DNA from: the human T2T-CHM13v2.0 reference genome, Homo sapiens
Reading direction: 5' to 3' (one strand)
DNA: 64,000 bases
Assembly: GCF_009914755.1 (NCBI RefSeq)
Contig: NC_060930.1
Shown here: in pieces, positions 47,226-59,789 of the stretch
Position numbering within the stretch: the stretch's first letter is position 1
How the letters are laid out: the number at the start of each line of letters is the position of its first letter
The notes under the pieces: generated by a model
Databases searched by the model: none
Told to the model about the DNA's origin: nothing
What the model saw: the letters and a program-made list of their open reading frames with translations, nothing else
Position numbers and translations under genes: made by a program

Positions 47226-48221
47226 GCAGACATTCATTCATTCATTCGTAAAATATGTGTAACATCTATTATGTACCTGTACACATGGATCCAACAGTGA
47301 CACGATATTGTGTTTACTTATTTTCTCATGCAGCCCAAGGAATGAATCTCTTCATTTTCCCTAATTACTGCCCTCAGGAGAATTGCAAAAATATAGATAC
47401 TTCATGAATAATTTTTAGAATACTACTCTTTCTATTTCAATCTGATTTTCATGTCATTAAGTATGAAATCTGAACAGAAAAAAAAATGTGTACCCAAATT
47501 TTATCCAAATGTGTTATTAAACTTGACTGTTCTAGCAATTGGGATTCAATTCACCACATTCCAAGTCTAGCAAAATCTTATCCTTTTTTTCTTACGAAAA
47601 ATGAGACAAAACATAAGGCAAATATGTGCAGTAGTGGATTTAACTAATTATGTAAACTGAAATCCAAACTAAATTCCACTTATCCTTCTCCCAAATATGT
47701 GATCAGTGTATGAGGCTCAGTTCATTCAGTACACATTGGCCCACCTGCTCCCATCAGCAGAATGCCCTAGCTCTGTGATGTCTCTGCTTTTGTAGAATGA
47801 GTTTTGTGGGGTGGGACAGGTGGTACAGTTTGACAATGAGGTTGACTTCTAGAAAACATTTTGTGGTATATAAATATAACAGGTATTTTCCTTTTGTTTC
47901 AAATGAGTCGTTCTTGGAGACCATTAATCTTATTTTAGTAAAGGTAGTGGTACATTTTTTTATAAACAGCATTTGTTGATTTTCCCTTCTTTTTATAAAA
48001 TTAATACATGTTTATATAGAAAAGGTATAAGAAAAAAATCACCCATAATCCTACCACCCAAAGAACAATTATTAACATTATGGTCTGTATCTTTCTATTC
48101 ATATGCATACCTACCTTTTTGTTTTGTATATTTAAAATAATGTAGTCATACTAACTATAATTTTTATAACTACATTTCTACTCATTGTATTGTGTGTTTT
48201 TTACATAAAGAATATTTTCAA

Positions 48222-48412
48222 CAGGTGGTTTTCAACCTTAAGCAACTCTGCCACCCCAGAAACATTTATTATCACAACTAGGGGAAGACGTGTTACACCT
48301 AGTCAGTAGAGGCCAGGATTGCTACAAAATATCTTACAATTCACAGGAGAGCCCCCCTACAACAAAGAATTATCCAGCCCAAAATGCCAGTTGTGCCAGT
48401 TAGTAAATCCTG
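48222..48412. mobile_element. MER20 within an old L1M fragment
   Basis: ggtggttttcaacc...tagtcagtagaggccaggattgct...aaagaattatccagcccaaaatgcca. Confidence 0.7.
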
Positions 48413-48586
48413 CAGTATACCATGATTTTTAATAACTGCATTGTGTTCAGTCATGTGAGCATACCATAATTTAGTTAACCAATTCTCTGTTATTTGACAT
48501 AGTGACTAGAAATTGTTCAATACCTCTCTAACTATTCAGGATAAAGAAGAATTATTAGGTCAAACTGTTTTAAGGCTCTTGATACC

Positions 48587-49233
48587 TATACTTTAAGTTC
48601 TGGGATACATGTGCAGAACATACAGGTTTGTTACATAGGTATACGTGTACCATGGTGGTTTGCAGCACCCATCAACCCATTATCTACATTAGGTATTTCT
48701 CCTAATTCATCCCTCCCCTGCCCCTCCACCGCCCAACAGGCCTCAGTGTGGAACGTTCCCCTCCCTGTGTCCATGTGTTCTTATTGTTCAACTCCCACTT
48801 ATGAGTGAGAACATGCAGTGTTTGGTTTTCTGTTTCTGTGTTAGTTTGCTGAGAATGATGGTTTCCAGCTTCATCCATGTCCCTGCAAAGGACATGAACT
48901 CATCCTTTTTTATGGCTGCATAGTATTCCCTGGTGTAATGTGCCACATTTTCTTTATCCAGTCTAACATTGATGGACATTTAGGTTGGTTCCAAGTCTTT
49001 GCTATTGTGAATAGTGCTGCAATAAACATACATGTGCATGTGTCTTTATAGTAGAATGACTTATAATCCTTTGAGTATATACCCAGTAATGGGATTGCTG
49101 GGTCAAATGGTCTTTCTGGTTCTAGATCCTTGAGGAATCGCCACACTGTTTTCTACGATGGTTGAACTAATTTGCACTCCTGCCAACAGTGTAAAAGTGT
49201 TCCTGTTTCTCCACGTCCTCTCCAGCATCTGTT
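48587..49233 (-). mobile_element. L1PA 3' fragment without poly-A tail
   Basis: Reverse complement of the L1PA 3' ~650 nt; begins tatactttaagttctggg directly after the flank. Confidence 0.93.
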
Positions 49234-51677
49234 ACATTTTGACAAATGCCTCTGACAATGAAAACACTTAGCAGAGAATACTATACCCAGCCTACATTGT
49301 CATTGTTGATGACATTAACACTGACAGTGTCATTAACAGTGATGTTGTTAGTGTCATTATTTTTACACTAGAGTGGATTGGGAGGTTAGTTGGGGCAAAA
49401 GAGAGAGGGGAAATAAAGGGATTCTAAGCAGCATGGAAATGGGTCACAAAGGAAACGGGACTATTTACCCACTTATATGCACCAATAGAAGATAGAAGAC
49501 AATTTACATCACTTTAAAGATTTGTGTGCTCACTCCCTGCAAAATGTGCTTGACATTACAAAAAGATAAGAAATCAGTAAGACTACCCTAGTGGTGGTGA
49601 AGTTCTAAAGTACATAAGTGACTGTAAAGTCTGTGCCTTGAGAGAAACAAAAAACATACCATAGATATCTAGTGAAAAGAATTTTATTCCATTTTTGTGA
49701 GGGTGGGAATATCAGAGCTTCATGGAAGAAGGGGCTTTTGAGCTGGGCTTTGGGAAATGATTAGCATTTCTTGGAGCGGGAAAATAAATCTGGGTAGTAG
49801 GATTGCATAAGACATGAGGGCCAGGATATTCTAGTGTTTTAATGACAGAGTAGAGTTGTTTTGTTGAAATAAATATTGTGCATGAAGGAGAATGATGCAG
49901 AATAACTAAAAATAAACCCATTAAACCTTATATCAGTTTTAGAAGGAATCTTAATAGTTATCATTTCTGATCTTTTTGTTTACAATTGAGGAAACAAGAT
50001 AGGCTAAAATCAGGTGCTGAAAGACCTTGAATGTAATTAATATGTGAAGTAAATATTATATATCAGATAGACATAGGAAGAAGGCACAGTGACACTCTGT
50101 GGCTCATCTCCCTGTAGTGCTGACAGGCTCTGTGGACTATATGTTTTTGTCTTCTGATGTCAGTATTGGGACTGGCAATGTGGCAGTTCCATTTAAGTTA
50201 GCAAAAGCTGATGATGCCAGAAGCAGAAGTAAATTGAACAGTATACCTGAAACTGTTTCTTTTTCCCCAGCCTCTTATGCTGACAGATATGCAGCCCACT
50301 AATCTGGAGCCTTATAGCACTTTCGGTTTCTTCCAGGAGATGTTCCTCAGATGTTGTGTTGCTCAGAATGTGTTCTTTGAAATGTTAATGTGTTCCCCGG
50401 AATGGACTCTGTGATTGAATAAATTTGGGAAACAGTATATGCCTTCCTGAAGATTTACTCTGAACTTAGCATATATAAGGCTTTCTGAAATTCTACGGAA
50501 ATATATTTAACTTTTTTTAACCCAGTATGTCACAGACTTATTTGATAGTTAGCCTGCTTTCATGGAATAACTACTAACATCTGGAGGCATACTAGTGTTT
50601 CATTAGATTCATTTTAAGAAATGTTTCCATATAATTATGGAAACATATATAATTATATATATTTTATCTAATTTTGATTCCTAGTTTTGTGAGATTTTTT
50701 TCCTTTGAGCACATAGCAATTTTTACTACAGTTGCAGGCATTTTCTTTAGCTAGAAAAAAAACAAAAAACAAAAAAAACAAAAGCAGGAAAAGCTGGGGC
50801 CCCAAGTACTCTGAAATACCAATCTGTGGGCAGTGAGGAATCACTGAAGCTTTTAAGCAAAAAAGTTGTAAAGTTGTATCAGAGTTTTTAGGGGAACTAA
50901 TATGGCAATGGTATATCAAATAGATTAAGGGCTAAGGCTGTTAATGTAATATTTTAGATGAGATATAAGAACCTGATCTGGAGTTGTGACAGTAAAAATG
51001 GGAAGGTAAGGGACTTTGTGTGAGAAAATGAAGGAGGCAAGTTGCTGAAGCTGATTGGCTAGAGGAGGAGGGAATAAGTCGTTGGATGACTGCTAATGAT
51101 TTAGACTAAATGAATACATTTGTATTTCAAGACTTGTCATCTCAGATCACTATCAGCCTACTTTAAAATAAAATTTTTGACAAGCTTACTTAGATTGACG
51201 TTTGAGATCACATAGGCACTCATCAGAAGCAGGTCTGTTCTCTTCCTCTTTCATATTACTTTGTATTTTATGGGTTATCTGAATTTATTTTCAGGTAACC
51301 TTTTCAAGGGTCCCAACCCCTTCTGGCACTTTTGAAATTATAAAAGAATTTCAGGATGTTTACTGTGTGCCCCCCACATGTCTCCAGCATCTCAAAGCTG
51401 TAATTTTTTAGACAGTAAGTTAACCTTCATTCAGAAAACCCAGGAGAGAGTATTCCACAGGAATTGTCTATATTTTGATATAAAAAATCTTTCATTAAAG
51501 AATTATTGAGTCTTAACTTGGGAATGCTCCTGTTCCAGTTTAAGCTCTTTTCTCAGCGTATGAAAAGGAGATAAGCAGGATAACAGCCTCTTTAGAATAT
51601 CCTTAAATTGCAGCCAGAGATTAAAATGCATGTGTCACTGGTAATTGCTATTTACTGTGATTTATACCAGCATATTA

Positions 51678-51940
51678 TTATTGTTTATTTTGGGTTCAGG
51701 GGGTACATGTGCAGGTTTGCTTGAAGGGTATATTGCGTGATGCTGAAATTTGGATTTCTATTGATCTTGTCACCTAGACAATGAACATAGTACACACTAG
51801 GAGGGTTTTCAGCCCTTGCCCCTTTCCCTACACCTCCCTCCTTTTGGAGCCCCCAGTGTCTATTGTTCTCATCTTTATGTTCTTATGTACACAGGGTTTA
51901 GCTCCACTCATAAGTGAGAACATGCAATATTTGTTCTTTT
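51678..51940 (-). mobile_element. Older L1 (L1PB/PA16-like) 3' end
   Basis: ggttcagggggtacatgtgcaggtttg...ttagctccactcataagtgagaacatgcaatattt. Confidence 0.8.
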
Positions 51941-52014
51941 TTTTCAATACTAGTAGATTATTAATAGAAATGTAGCGTTCTCTGAGATCCCTTGGGATCT
52001 TTATTTCATTTATA

Positions 52015-52330
52015 TATTTATTTTTAATTAATTTCTTTTTTAAGAGACAGGTTCTTGCTCTGTTGCCTAGGCTGGTGCAATCATATCTCACTGGATCAAA
52101 CGATCCTCCTGCCTCAGCTTCCCAAATAGCTAGGACCACAGGCACATGCCACCACACCTGGCTAAGTTTAAACAGTTTTTTTTGTTGTTGTTGTTTTTGG
52201 GTTTTTTTTTTTTGTAGAAACTAGGTCTCACTGTGTTGCCCAGGCTGGTCTCAAACTCCTGTTCTCAAACAATCCTCCCACCTTGGCCTCCCAAGATGCT
52301 AGGGTTACAGGTGTGAGCTACCATGCTTGG
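52015..52330 (-). mobile_element. AluJ with internal deletion
   Basis: gagacaggttcttgctctgttgcctagg...ggttacaggtgtgagctaccatg. Confidence 0.88.
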
Positions 52331-52584
52331 ATAATTAGTTCAATTTAAAAAAAAATGCCAAATTACATTCCTTATCTATAGGAAAAGCTAATCCTTAGTA
52401 AATATAGATTTACCTATACGTTTTTGTTAAATCTTACAATTTTTTTCAGTGTTTTTCTAGCAAGTAAGTGTATCTTTATATATTAAATTGTTCCTTTAGG
52501 GGAGAAATATATTCTTGAACTTGAAACATGTTAATAATATGTTTAAAATAATAAACTTTAAAAAGCTGTTTTTCTTTTCCCTAG

Positions 52585-52749
52585 ACTGGATGTTGAATTT
52601 GTTCTCTCAGCACCTATTTCTGAATGGAATGGCAAACAGGGACATATTTCACCAGCTCTTCTTTCTGAATTTTTGAAAAGAAATTTGGACAAATCCAAAG
52701 TTCTCGTCTGCATTTGTGGACCAGTGCCATTTACAGAACAAGGAGTAAG
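52585..52749 (+). CDS. CYB5R4: CYB5R4 exon 15: (R)LDVEFVLSAPISEWNGKQGHISPALLSEFLKRNLDKSKVLVCICGPVPFTEQGV(R)
   Basis: ttttccctag|ACTGG...GTAAG|gtgagt; 165 nt; CGP motif of the FNR family. Confidence 0.97.
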
Positions 52750-53426
52750 GTGAGTAACAGTGTAGTAGGAAACAGACTGCCCAACACTGAAGTGAAGATC
52801 TTTCATAACAAGCATCTCTCAGTTCTTCCTGTTTATATGAAACTGCACTTTAATAATCTTACAGTTTTAGAAAATAACAAAGTCTTTAAATCTTCGTATA
52901 GTTTGAGTTGGAGGCCAGGATTATGCATATTGTTAGATAAAACATAAAAGTAAGTTACAGCCAGCAGTCAGTGTTCTCTGCTCGTGATGGCTGCCAATAT
53001 TGTTACACTCACAAGATTGGTGCCACAATTCTTATTTGGGACATTAGGCCCAACCTCTTCTTCCATCAAAGCTTCATAATATATAGTAATTAATAAGGAA
53101 TGTTCATCTCATTGTAGCTTTTGATCTTCATTCTCTGTAACTGAGTGAAAGTAAATAATATATGTGATCAAAAGCCAAGCAGCAAGACAAAAAGGGAAGA
53201 CTAGAACACAAATAAGGCAAGACTAATAGTTGAAGCATGGATCATGAAAAATCAGTGGTAGTGGCGATCCTGTTTGAAATTCATCTTGATGTGATTTAGC
53301 TTTAAAATGGCACTTTAAAATATTTGGTTAAATATAGCCCCTATTGGATTTCTAGATAATTTTAAAATATGGCTGTTCTAAGTGCCCTATTCTTATTTAG
53401 TAGGTGACTAACCTAACATTTCTAGA

Positions 53427-54223
53427 TGTTGATGAAAAAAGTCAAACTCTGTAAAATCTTTGAAGAGATTTATTCTGAGCCAAATATAGTGACCGTGGCC
53501 TGTGACACAGCCCTCAGGAGGTCCTGAGAACATGTGCCCAAGGTGGTCGGGGCATAGCTTGGTTTGATACATTTTAGGGAGGCATGAGACATCAATCAAA
53601 TACATTTAAGAAATACATTAGTTTGGTCCAGAAAGGCAGGACAACTCAAAGCTGGATTGGGGGGGGCACGGGTTTCCAGGCTCTAGGTAAGTTTAAACAT
53701 TTAAACATTTTCTGGTTGACAATTGGTTGAGTTTGTCTAAAGACCTGAGATCCACAGAAAGGGAATGTTCAGGTTAAGATAAAAGATTGTGGAGACCAAG
53801 GTTCTTTTGAAGTCTTACAGTGGCTGCCCTTAGAGATAATAGATGACAATGTTTCCTGTTCAGACCTTTAAAAGGTACTAGACTCTTAGTTAACCTCTTC
53901 AGGATTGGACTGGCCTGGAAGAAGAAGATCTAGCTATGTTAATAGGATTCTTTACAGATGCAAATTTTCCCCCACAAAGGACAGATTTGCAGGGCCATTT
54001 CAAGACATGGCAAAGAAACATGTTTTGGGGTAAAACATTTTTATTTTCTTCCTTGTCTCGTAATGTTATGCCAGAGTCAGGTTGGAAAGTAAGTCACGAT
54101 ATATGGGGTTAAATAAAACCCATCTGATGAGAATTTATGGTTTGTAGGGCATGACTTCCCAGACCCCTTAGATAGGAATTTGGGCAAGATAAAAAAAAAA
54201 AAAAAATCAGAGTTTAGTCCTCA
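53427..54223 (-). mobile_element. ERV1 solo LTR, MER4 group (MER4D/E-like)
   Basis: TG...CA termini with 4-bp TSD taga (53423-53426, 54224-54227); reverse complement starts tgaggactaaactctgatttttt...atcttgcccaaattcctatctaagggg. Confidence 0.88.
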
Positions 54224-54665
54224 TAGATAATCTTATATCTTGCTTTTTTATTTAAAATTTTAATTGTAGAAAAGATTGACCCCCCAATCAATAAAAACAT
54301 TAAAAACTTTTTTCTTGTCATATTTAAAATGTATTTTATTTTTAATTAAATATATTTCTATTTTAATGCTTTAAGAAAAATGTTGTTTTAGTTAAACTCT
54401 CTCAACTTAAAAAGATTTTTCAAGTTTCTGTGTAAACTTTTGCTCTTTTAAAGCTCAAGCAAAACTATTAAAATTACAATGAAGACTAACATAGTTTGAA
54501 TATAAAAAATTTTTTATGAAAAAAGGCTAAGAGCTGTACTGTCTTCTGCTGTATTGCTTCTGCTATTTTAGAAGTATCTCAATGAGTACTTTACAGATTG
54601 CAATATAATAATACTTTTAAATAATTAGAATCATTTTTGCATTTTTAAAATTGACCATAAACTTA

Positions 54666-54932
54666 GGGAGGCCAAGGCAGGTGGATCACCTGAGGTCAGG
54701 AGTTCGAGACCAGCCTGGCCAACATGGTGAAACCCCATCTCTACTAAAAATACAAAAATTAGCCGAGCATGGTGGTGGGCACCTGTGATCCCAGCTACTT
54801 GGGAGGCTGAGGCAGGAGGATCGCTCGAATCTAGGAGGCGGAGGTTGGCAATGAGCCAGGATCGCGCCATTGCACTCCAGCCTGGGCAACAAGAGCGAAA
54901 CTCTGTCTCAAAAAAAAAAAAAAAAAAAAAAA
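54666..54932 (+). mobile_element. 5'-truncated AluS (Sq-like)
   Basis: TSD-like aaaattgacca on both sides; A-tail. Confidence 0.93.
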
Positions 54933-56399
54933 ATTGACCAGAACCTATATGGCTTTCTTTTCTCAGTTTTACCTCAGAGCCAATCTTTCAATGCTGTGCT
55001 AACTGGCTTACCCAGAGTTGCTCAGGAGTATTTATTAATCATTACATGTGGATTCCTGCTATTACTCACTCCTGAACATGCTGCATAGAGTTGCATTCTG
55101 AGATGTAACTTGATTCAAATTAGTACTTAAAATTCATAGTAGCTGCCCTTGTGACTCTCAGTTAGGACTCATTTCTTTGGTTTCCTTATCCTCATCATCT
55201 TAATGGATGTGGTGTATTTTTCTTGATTAGCAATTATATGGGTTTCTTATTATAGTTTTTGCTGTTCTGAAAAATGAGTCTTTCTTGTGATTGTGATGTC
55301 CACTCCTAGAGTGCTGCAAAGTTAATCTCATGTCTGCTACATAGATTATATTAAAAATATAGCCATCCCAGACATATTCTCCATATTTGGTGAACATTTG
55401 TCAGTCTGTATGGTATGATAACAGAGAAAGACTCAGAAACCTATTTTTTAAAAAATACAGATAAGCAGCTTATCATTACTTGGCCAATAATGGTTCTTTA
55501 TCCATTAAATATGTACTTTATTACAGAGGTTAGTAAAACAGTCTCTGCTTTCCAGGACCACACTATCTAGTGGTAGAAACAAATGCACGTGCTGATAACC
55601 AAAGTATGACTCAGAACACCACAAATATCTTACTAGAGATAAAATCAAGATGTTACAGGAATTCCGGGAGAGATGGGTTACTTTTACCTAGCGATGTGTG
55701 TGTTGGAGAGACAGGAGCTGCATGGTCAAAAAAGTCATGTGCACAGCATGTGGACTAAAACCTACCAGTCAAGAGAGATGGAGAAGGGGATAGTACAGGC
55801 AGGGAGAACTGGCAGATGCATTAGGGGTGCAGATTTATACAAAAGACTAGACTGGTTTGGCTAGAGTGAAGCTGCTTGCCTGGGAGAACAGGATGGAATG
55901 GTAGCATGGGCCCAGATACTGAGAGGCTTTACTGCTGCACTGTGTTGGCTTCAACTCCTGTGCCCTACTGGCCCTTTGTGTGAGTATGTGTATGCCCTCT
56001 GGGAGCTGCCAGCTGGGGTTTAAATCCCAGGTCTACCACTTACAAGCATCTTACAATCATTTGCTGGGTGTCCTAGGGCAGTTCTTAACCCTTCTAAGCT
56101 TTAGTGCACTTATCTATAAAAATGAATAAATAATAATACCTATGCATGTGAAGTGCATAGCAAAGTGACATTTATAATAGAGTAAGTGGTAAAAAAGTAG
56201 TTATTATACTATTTTCCTAGTTGAACAATACGCAGTATTTCTGCTTTTCCTGTTCAGTAGGGGGAGAATGAAGATAGAATCGTAGGGGAATCAACTCCTT
56301 TCTTTGAAAACTGGTGAATAAAGGGGAAAAAAATCAAACATTTATTCTCCCTTTGTTATATGAGCCATACTACTGAATAATCACATAATAAATGAGCAG

Positions 56400-56990
56400 A
56401 CATTTTTCTTTATAGGATTCCTCAGCTGATTAATGAATAAAGAATGATAGAAGTAGAATATCACCAATTGCAGTGCTTAATGAACTAATGGATCTATACA
56501 TAGATCATAATGGTAGCTAGCACTCAAAAAGAGAGGCAACCATTTATTACATGCCTCCAGATAGAGGAACATTACCTGTGAAATAGTCTTGTCAAAAAGA
56601 TTTGAACCTGTGTCTGATCAAGCCTCTAGATCCATATATTAAGTTATGGAAAATATGAGGACATAAAGACATATTATTAAGGAATACCACAGGGATGTAG
56701 AAAAATGAAGGTTTTAGGAGACTCAACAAATAAAAATCTGATTTTTGTCAACAAATAAATTGCAGGATGGAGTGGGGGTCTGGGGGATCTTACAGATCAA
56801 AGGATGCCTAAAAGACTTATCAGCCAATCATAATGAGTAAATTTTAATTGGATATTGATTGAAACTATTTTTTAAAATTATGACATTTATGAGCTAGTTG
56901 AAAATTTGAGCACTGCTTAGATATTTCATGATATTTAGGAGTTACTAATCACTAATTTTTTAAGAGGTGATAGTGTTTTTTTATTTAAAA
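56400..56990 (+). mobile_element. L1MC-like 3' fragment
   Basis: ttgaacctgtgtctgatcaagcctctagatcc...gacatttatgag...gaaaatttgagcactgcttagatatttcatgatatt. Confidence 0.6.
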
Positions 56991-57110
56991 AAAACTACAT
57001 AGTGAATGGGGAAAATGAAAAAGTATCATGATTATGGTGGTAAACTGCTCTTATTTCTTCATTTTAAAGCATTTTCCCTAAGAAACATGTGCTTTTTATT
57101 TGTTTTTCAG

Positions 57111-57165
57111 GTTGCTGCATGATCTCAACTTTTCCAAAAATGAGATCCATAGTTTTACAGCATAA
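57111..57165 (+). CDS. CYB5R4: CYB5R4 last exon, coding part: (R)LLHDLNFSKNEIHSFTA*
   Basis: tttttcag|GTTGCTG...GCATAA; stop TAA followed immediately by in-frame TGA; the 13 exons total 1236 nt = 412 codons. Confidence 0.96.
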
Positions 57166-57715
57166 TGAAGAGCTGTCATTGTCCTTTATTCAACTAGTTT
57201 ATCTAAATTTGTGATTGCTTAGGGTTTTTTAAGAGAACATTTTTGTACATAACAAAAGGTTAACTAGAATCCAGCCTTCAGTTTCTTAAATGAAATCAAA
57301 TGTTCCTTCAGTACAGGTAACTTCTTGGCTTTCTTTTGTACCACAACTTATTTTACTACTGATATTTGACCTGGAAAGTTAATCATGGCAACAAATACAT
57401 ACAGGATTCTTTGTTATGAATCACAAATTTCCTTGCCATTTAAATTATATCACTGTTCTACAATAAGCACTTGTGTTTTATGACATGATAAAGTAAATGA
57501 TCACTTCGATCATGTTTCTATGCTGTAAAATGTCTTATTAGCAATACAGATTAAATTTTACCTTGCACTGTTAACTCAGGAAATGATCATTTATGTCCTT
57601 GTTATTAATGTTAAAACATAGAATGTTATAACTTATTAAGTGATCCAAACATTTTTTTGTGTGTGTATGGCATTGATGCAGAATAGAATAAAATTATACT
57701 TAAGTTCTTTTTAAT
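57166..57715 (+). other. CYB5R4: CYB5R4 proximal 3' UTR (end approximate)
   Basis: AT-rich non-repeat sequence between the stop codon and the first AATAAA; the cleavage site is inferred. Confidence 0.65.
57687..57692 (+). terminator. Candidate polyadenylation signal AATAAA; a second AATAAA is at 57787-57792
   Basis: Hexamer about 520 nt after the stop, with a UG-rich/TGTA tract upstream and a T/GT-rich tract (ttctttttaatccttgtggt) downstream. Confidence 0.7.
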
Positions 57716-58625
57716 CCTTGTGGTAGAAATGTGGTTGAATGCAACAATATTGGGCCAGCGTCTCAAGGGGAATTTTAAAAGGCAGCAATAAAATATATTA
57801 GAGACATGACACACATGCGCCTTTGGACTAGGTGTGTTAACAGAGCTTGAGAGAGGGAACCTTGACAGCTATTTTTACTCTTAGCCAAAAACAAAGACAT
57901 TAGGAAAGAGAGTGAAAGTATAGTGTCTAGTTCCACAGCATAAAGTTATTATTTGGTGCTTTGGAATGGGTTGAATTTTAATTCTTTAGTCCATCTAAAT
58001 CAGCTGGAAAAATGAGGAACATTCTGCCTTGAATGGTTCTTCCCCTGGTTGGCTGCTTTCTCCACAACTGGTGGTTCAGCAGGAAGCCCTCTTAGGTTCT
58101 TGCATGTGGGCAACTTATTTTCTCTTCCTGCTGCTTTGTGCAACTGTCAAATACTTTCACAGATTCAGATCAGCAAAGGGTATCAAGGATAGTCATTGTG
58201 AGCTTTTCGTGAGGAAACTGTTGAATGCATAGGTAGCTACTGTATAAGCTAACTAGGATTTTTCAGTCTTAGTACAGCTGCAATGTTTTCACAGAAATAG
58301 GGGATTGAAAGAGTCTCCAATTTCTCTGTAAATGATTTTGTAAACAGCTAAATCTTTGCTGAATGAATAATATACTCAAGAGGAACACAATATTAATATT
58401 CCCCAAATTACAGACGCCCAGCTTGTGAAGCTTCCTATGTGCAAATGGCTGGTTGAACACTATCACTTTTTCCTGTGCCTCTGTCTTCTGTAGCCAATTC
58501 CACCATCATCATTATTCACAAAGACAGGAATCTAGCTGTCCTGGACTGGTACTGTTCCCTGGTAGGTAACAAGAACTTTTTCTAGCTTCATGCCTTCCCC
58601 CTACTTATTTTTTTCCATCTAAGGG

Positions 58626-58982
58626 TGAGGTGATTTGGCTCTGTGTCCTCACCCAAATCTCCTCTCAAATTGTAATTCCCACATGTCGAGGGAGGGTCTT
58701 GGTGGGAGGTGATTGGATCATGGGAGTGATTGCCCCCATGCTGTTCTCATGATGGTAAGTGAGTTCTCATGAGATCTGATGGTTTAAAAGTGTGGCACTT
58801 CCTCCCCACCTCCTGCTGTATTATGAAGAAGGTCCTTGCTTCTTCTTTGCTTTCTACCATAATTGTACATTTCCTGAGGCCTCCCCAGCCATGCAGAACT
58901 GTGAGTCAATTAAACCTCTTTTCTTCATAAATTACCCAGTCTCAGGTAGTTCTTTATAGCAGTGTGAAAATAGACTAATATA
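58626..58982 (+). mobile_element. MaLR solo LTR (MSTA-like)
   Basis: tttggctctgtgtcctcacccaaatctc...gaactgtgagtcaattaaacctctt...agactaatata. Confidence 0.87.
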
Positions 58983-59147
58983 AAAAGAGACTATTTACCA
59001 CTTTTTTTTAGTTCATTTGCGATGTATCAAATCTAACTTAGCCAACATCTTTCTCATCTTTTCTAAGCCTCTTCTTTTTTCTCTCTCCTTTCCCAAGCAA
59101 CAGAATCTCCTATTAGTCGCTATATGTAATGCTTCCTCATTCCTCCT

Positions 59148-59245
59148 TTTATGTTTTATATTTTTGTTTATATTTTATTTATATTTTGTTTATATTTTGT
59201 TATATTTTATTATATTTTGTTATATTTATATTTTGTTTATATTTT
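59148..59245. repeat. AT-rich low-complexity (TTATATTT[G])n tract
   Basis: Degenerate ttatattttg repeats. Confidence 0.85.
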
Positions 59246-59789
59246 AAAACAAATCCATAAGTGTCTCCTGGGTAATCTCCACTGACATGATTTTATCAAC
59301 TTACATGTTAATTCCCAAATGGGAGTGACTAATTTGAGAATCAGCTGAGCTTCAGTTTTCAATATCCATTTACTTCCTGCATACCACCCCACCATCCACC
59401 TAGTAAGCCATTCTAGAACTATTAGGAATCAACATCAATGTCCCCTTCTCCAGTCTGACTCTTCCATACCAGCTAACCCTGTCCTATCATCCCTCAGCTG
59501 GATTAGTACAGTAGCTTGATAATTCATCTTCATGCTGCAGTCCTGATCTCCTAAAATTCATTCTCCATTCCAGGGTATTCTAGAAGGACTTGGAGGAAAA
59601 AATCCCCTAAGTAGAGCCTCAGTCTTCCAATGAATGCAACCAAATACTGAGGAGCACAGATAGGAGTATAGTTTATCACTGTTATTCTCAAGCAAATAAC
59701 TCAAAGACTCCTACATCACATATTTGCAGTGAAGAAGAATTACGCTCAAAGTCACATTTGCTTGCAAATTCTGCTTTTTTTAAAAAAAA

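Noticed and set aside
57166-57720. Iron-responsive element or SECIS in the 3' UTR
   Set aside because: I saw no CAGUGN-loop hairpin by eye, and the stop is TAA rather than a recodable TGA
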